From contig NZ_JACABA010000006.1 in the NCBI RefSeq assembly GCF_013377015.1, positions 127,985 to 191,984 on the forward strand: DNA of 64,000 nucleotides, in the 5' to 3' direction. The number at the start of each line of letters is the position of its first letter. Position 1 is the stretch's first letter. The position numbers were made by a program, and so were the translations under genes. Positions 62,241-64,000 of the stretch are shown here, piece after piece. Under the pieces are notes generated by a model, which did no database searches, was not told where the DNA came from, and saw nothing but the letters and a program-made list of their open reading frames with translations. The DNA comes from Rhodopseudomonas sp. GTDB lineage: Bacteria; Pseudomonadota; Alphaproteobacteria; Rhizobiales; Xanthobacteraceae.

Positions 62241-63686
62241 ATGAACATCATGAACGTCGATTACTCGACCAAGATTCCCAACAATGTGAATCTCGGCGAG
62301 GACCGCCAGGTGCTGAAGGCGTTGGAGGGCTGGCATCCCGGCTATATCGACTGGTGGAACGACATGGGGCCGGAGGGTTTCCAGCAGTCGCTGGTCTATC
62401 TGCGCACCGCCTATTCGGTCGATCCGCGCGGCTGGGCCAAGTTCGACTACGTCAAGATGCCGGACTATCGCTGGGGCATTCTGCTGGCGCCGCAGGAAGA
62501 GAACCGCACGATTCCGTTCGGCCAGCATTTCGGCGAGCCGGCGTGGCAGGAAGTCCCCGGCGAATATCGCGCGATGCTGCGCCGGCTGATCGTGATCCAG
62601 GGCGACACCGAGCCGGCGTCGGTCGAGCAGCAGCGCCATCTCGGCAAGACCGCGCCGTCGCTGTACGATTTGCGCAACCTGTTCCAGGTCAATGTCGAGG
62701 AAGGCCGCCACCTCTGGGCGATGGTGTACCTGCTGCAGAAATATTTCGGTCGCGACGGCCGCGAGGAGGCCGACGGTCTGTTGCGCCGCCGCTCCGGCGA
62801 CGCCGACGCGCCGCGGATGCTCGGCGCCTTCAACGAGGCGACGCCGGACTGGCTGTCGTTCTTCATGTTTACCTATTTCACCGATCGCGACGGCAAGATG
62901 CAGCTGCACTCGCTGGCGCAGTCCGGCTTCGATCCGCTGTCGCGCACCTGCCGCTTCATGCTGACCGAGGAAGCGCACCACATGTTCGTCGGCGAGACCG
63001 GCATCAGCCGCGTGGTGCAGCGCACCTGCGAGGCGATGCGCGAAGCCGGGATCGACGATCCCAATGAGATCGCCAGGATCCGCGCGCTCGGCGTCATCGA
63101 CCTGCCGACGATCCAGAAGAAGCTCAACCTGCACTACACGCTGTCGCTCGACCTGTTCGGCTCGGAGGTCTCGACCAACGCCGCCAACGCCTTCAATGCC
63201 GGGATCAAGGGCCGCTATCACGAAACGCAAATTCAGGATGATCATCGGCTGCAGAACGACACCTATCCGGTGCTGAAACTGGTCGACGGCGTGATCAAAC
63301 GGGTCGACGAGCCGGCACTGACCGCGCTCAACATGCGGCTGCGCGACGACTACACCCAGGACTGCGTCAAGGGCCTGCTGCGCTGGAACAAGGTGATCGC
63401 GAGCGCCGGCTATGATTTCAAGCTGACGCTGCCGAATGTCGCGTTCCACCGCCAGATCGGCGAGTTCAAGGATATCCACGCCACGCCCGACGGCGTGCTG
63501 ATCGACGACGCGACGTGGGCCGCGCGGAAGACCGAATGGCTGCCGTCGCTCGAGGACGGCGACTTCATTTCGAGCTTGATGAATCCGGTTAGCGATCCCG
63601 GCGCCTACGCGCCCTGGATCGCGCCGCCCAAGGTCGGCATCGACAACAAGCCCGGCGATTTCGAATATGTGAAGATCGAGACGTGA
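62241..63686 (+). CDS. boxB: benzoyl-CoA 2,3-epoxidase (oxygenase) subunit B, di-iron
   Basis: ATG at 62241 inside ORF 62181..63686. 481 aa. Two di-iron ExxH motifs, VEEGRHLW and TEEAHHMF. Confidence 0.85.
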   Translation: MNIMNVDYSTKIPNNVNLGEDRQVLKALEGWHPGYIDWWNDMGPEGFQQSLVYLRTAYSVDPRGWAKFDYVKMPDYRWGILLAPQEENRTIPFGQHFGEPAWQEVPGEYRAMLRRLIVIQGDTEPASVEQQRHLGKTAPSLYDLRNLFQVNVEEGRHLWAMVYLLQKYFGRDGREEADGLLRRRSGDADAPRMLGAFNEATPDWLSFFMFTYFTDRDGKMQLHSLAQSGFDPLSRTCRFMLTEEAHHMFVGETGISRVVQRTCEAMREAGIDDPNEIARIRALGVIDLPTIQKKLNLHYTLSLDLFGSEVSTNAANAFNAGIKGRYHETQIQDDHRLQNDTYPVLKLVDGVIKRVDEPALTALNMRLRDDYTQDCVKGLLRWNKVIASAGYDFKLTLPNVAFHRQIGEFKDIHATPDGVLIDDATWAARKTEWLPSLEDGDFISSLMNPVSDPGAYAPWIAPPKVGIDNKPGDFEYVKIET

Positions 63687-63706
63687 GGGCTCTTTCGCCG
63701 CGGGTG

Positions 63707-63850
63707 CTCTTCACCTCTACCGAAGGGAGAGGTCGGATTGCGCGCGTAGCGCGCGATCCGGGTGAGGGGTTCTGACCTCACGTTGCGATCGAAGCCCCCT
63801 CACCCGGCTGCTTCGCAGCCGACCTCTCCCCGGTGGGGAGAGGTGAACAG
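63707..63850. repeat. two inverted copies of a ~60-bp structured repeat (TTCACCTCT..GGGAGAGGTCGG..CCGGGTGAGGGG family)
   Basis: Copy 1 at 63707-63769. Copy 2 at 63795-63850 is its approximate reverse complement (CCCCCTCACCCGG...CCGACCTCTCCCCGGTGGGGAGAGGTGAACAG). Confidence 0.7.
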
Positions 63851-63880
63851 CGCCTCGCTGCGCGCGGCCGAGCCGCGCTA

Positions 63881-64000
63881 TCAATCCCAGCCGTCGCCCT
63901 TGATGCCGGGGTTGGCGTAGACGATGCCGCCGTCGACCGCGAGGGTGGCGCCGACCACGTAGTCGCCGGCACGCGAGGCGAGATAGATCGCGGCCCCCGC
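63881..64000 (-). CDS. short-chain dehydrogenase/reductase, C-terminal fragment (gene continues beyond the window)
   Basis: The minus frame reads AGAAIYLASRAGDYVVGATLAVDGGIVYANPGIKGDGWD*, a typical SDR C-terminus (LAS..YVTG..L.VDGG pattern). Confidence 0.7.
   Translation of the reverse strand, partial: AGAAIYLASRAGDYVVGATLAVDGGIVYANPGIKGDGWD

Overview
High-GC (~65%) alphaproteobacterial chromosomal DNA. Gene content and the intergenic palindromic repeat families suggest Bradyrhizobiaceae (Rhodopseudomonas or Bradyrhizobium-like); that is an inference. Coding density is high. I found no rRNA, tRNA, CRISPR array, transposase, integrase or prophage genes. Gene order, left to right: mtnA; a haem/redox island (VIT1, dihaem cytochrome c, DUF1924 monohaem c, cytochrome b561) flanked by two PepSY proteins and an OmpR/HK pair; an atypical soluble MCP-tip plus Cache protein; htpG; a two-module outer-membrane beta-barrel protein; an orphan LivK-type SBP; MAPEG; an AttEFGH-like ABC exporter with a lipocalin/CrtC-like protein; a signal-peptide SAM methyltransferase; MFS plus ATP-grasp; four small charged proteins; a cobalamin-riboswitch-controlled TonB receptor divergent from a BtuF-like SBP, DUF938 and two MFS genes; VOC, CMD and two acyl-CoA dehydrogenases; an orphan AapJ-like SBP. 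A long minus-strand run follows: DctP-type SBP, membrane HK, REC-GAF-HK, OmpR RR, ECF sigma, CcdA, thioredoxin-like protein, cytochrome bd (CIO-type) CydAB, DUF2474, L,D-transpeptidase. The right side holds orphan UgpB, a DevBCA/MacAB-like exporter, a single-domain PilZ, a Cys/His-rich small protein, a LivKHMGF-type ABC importer, and an aerobic benzoyl-CoA (box) cluster: boxR, benzoate-CoA ligase, hydrolase, boxC, boxB. Most interesting candidates: the SBP-coupled two-kinase cascade next to an anti-sigma-less ECF sigma; the inverted-architecture mini-MCP; the box cluster without boxA or boxD; several phased or palindromic candidate operators; and nested palindromic repeat elements inserted inside operons. 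All product calls rest on motif recognition by eye. No database search was run.
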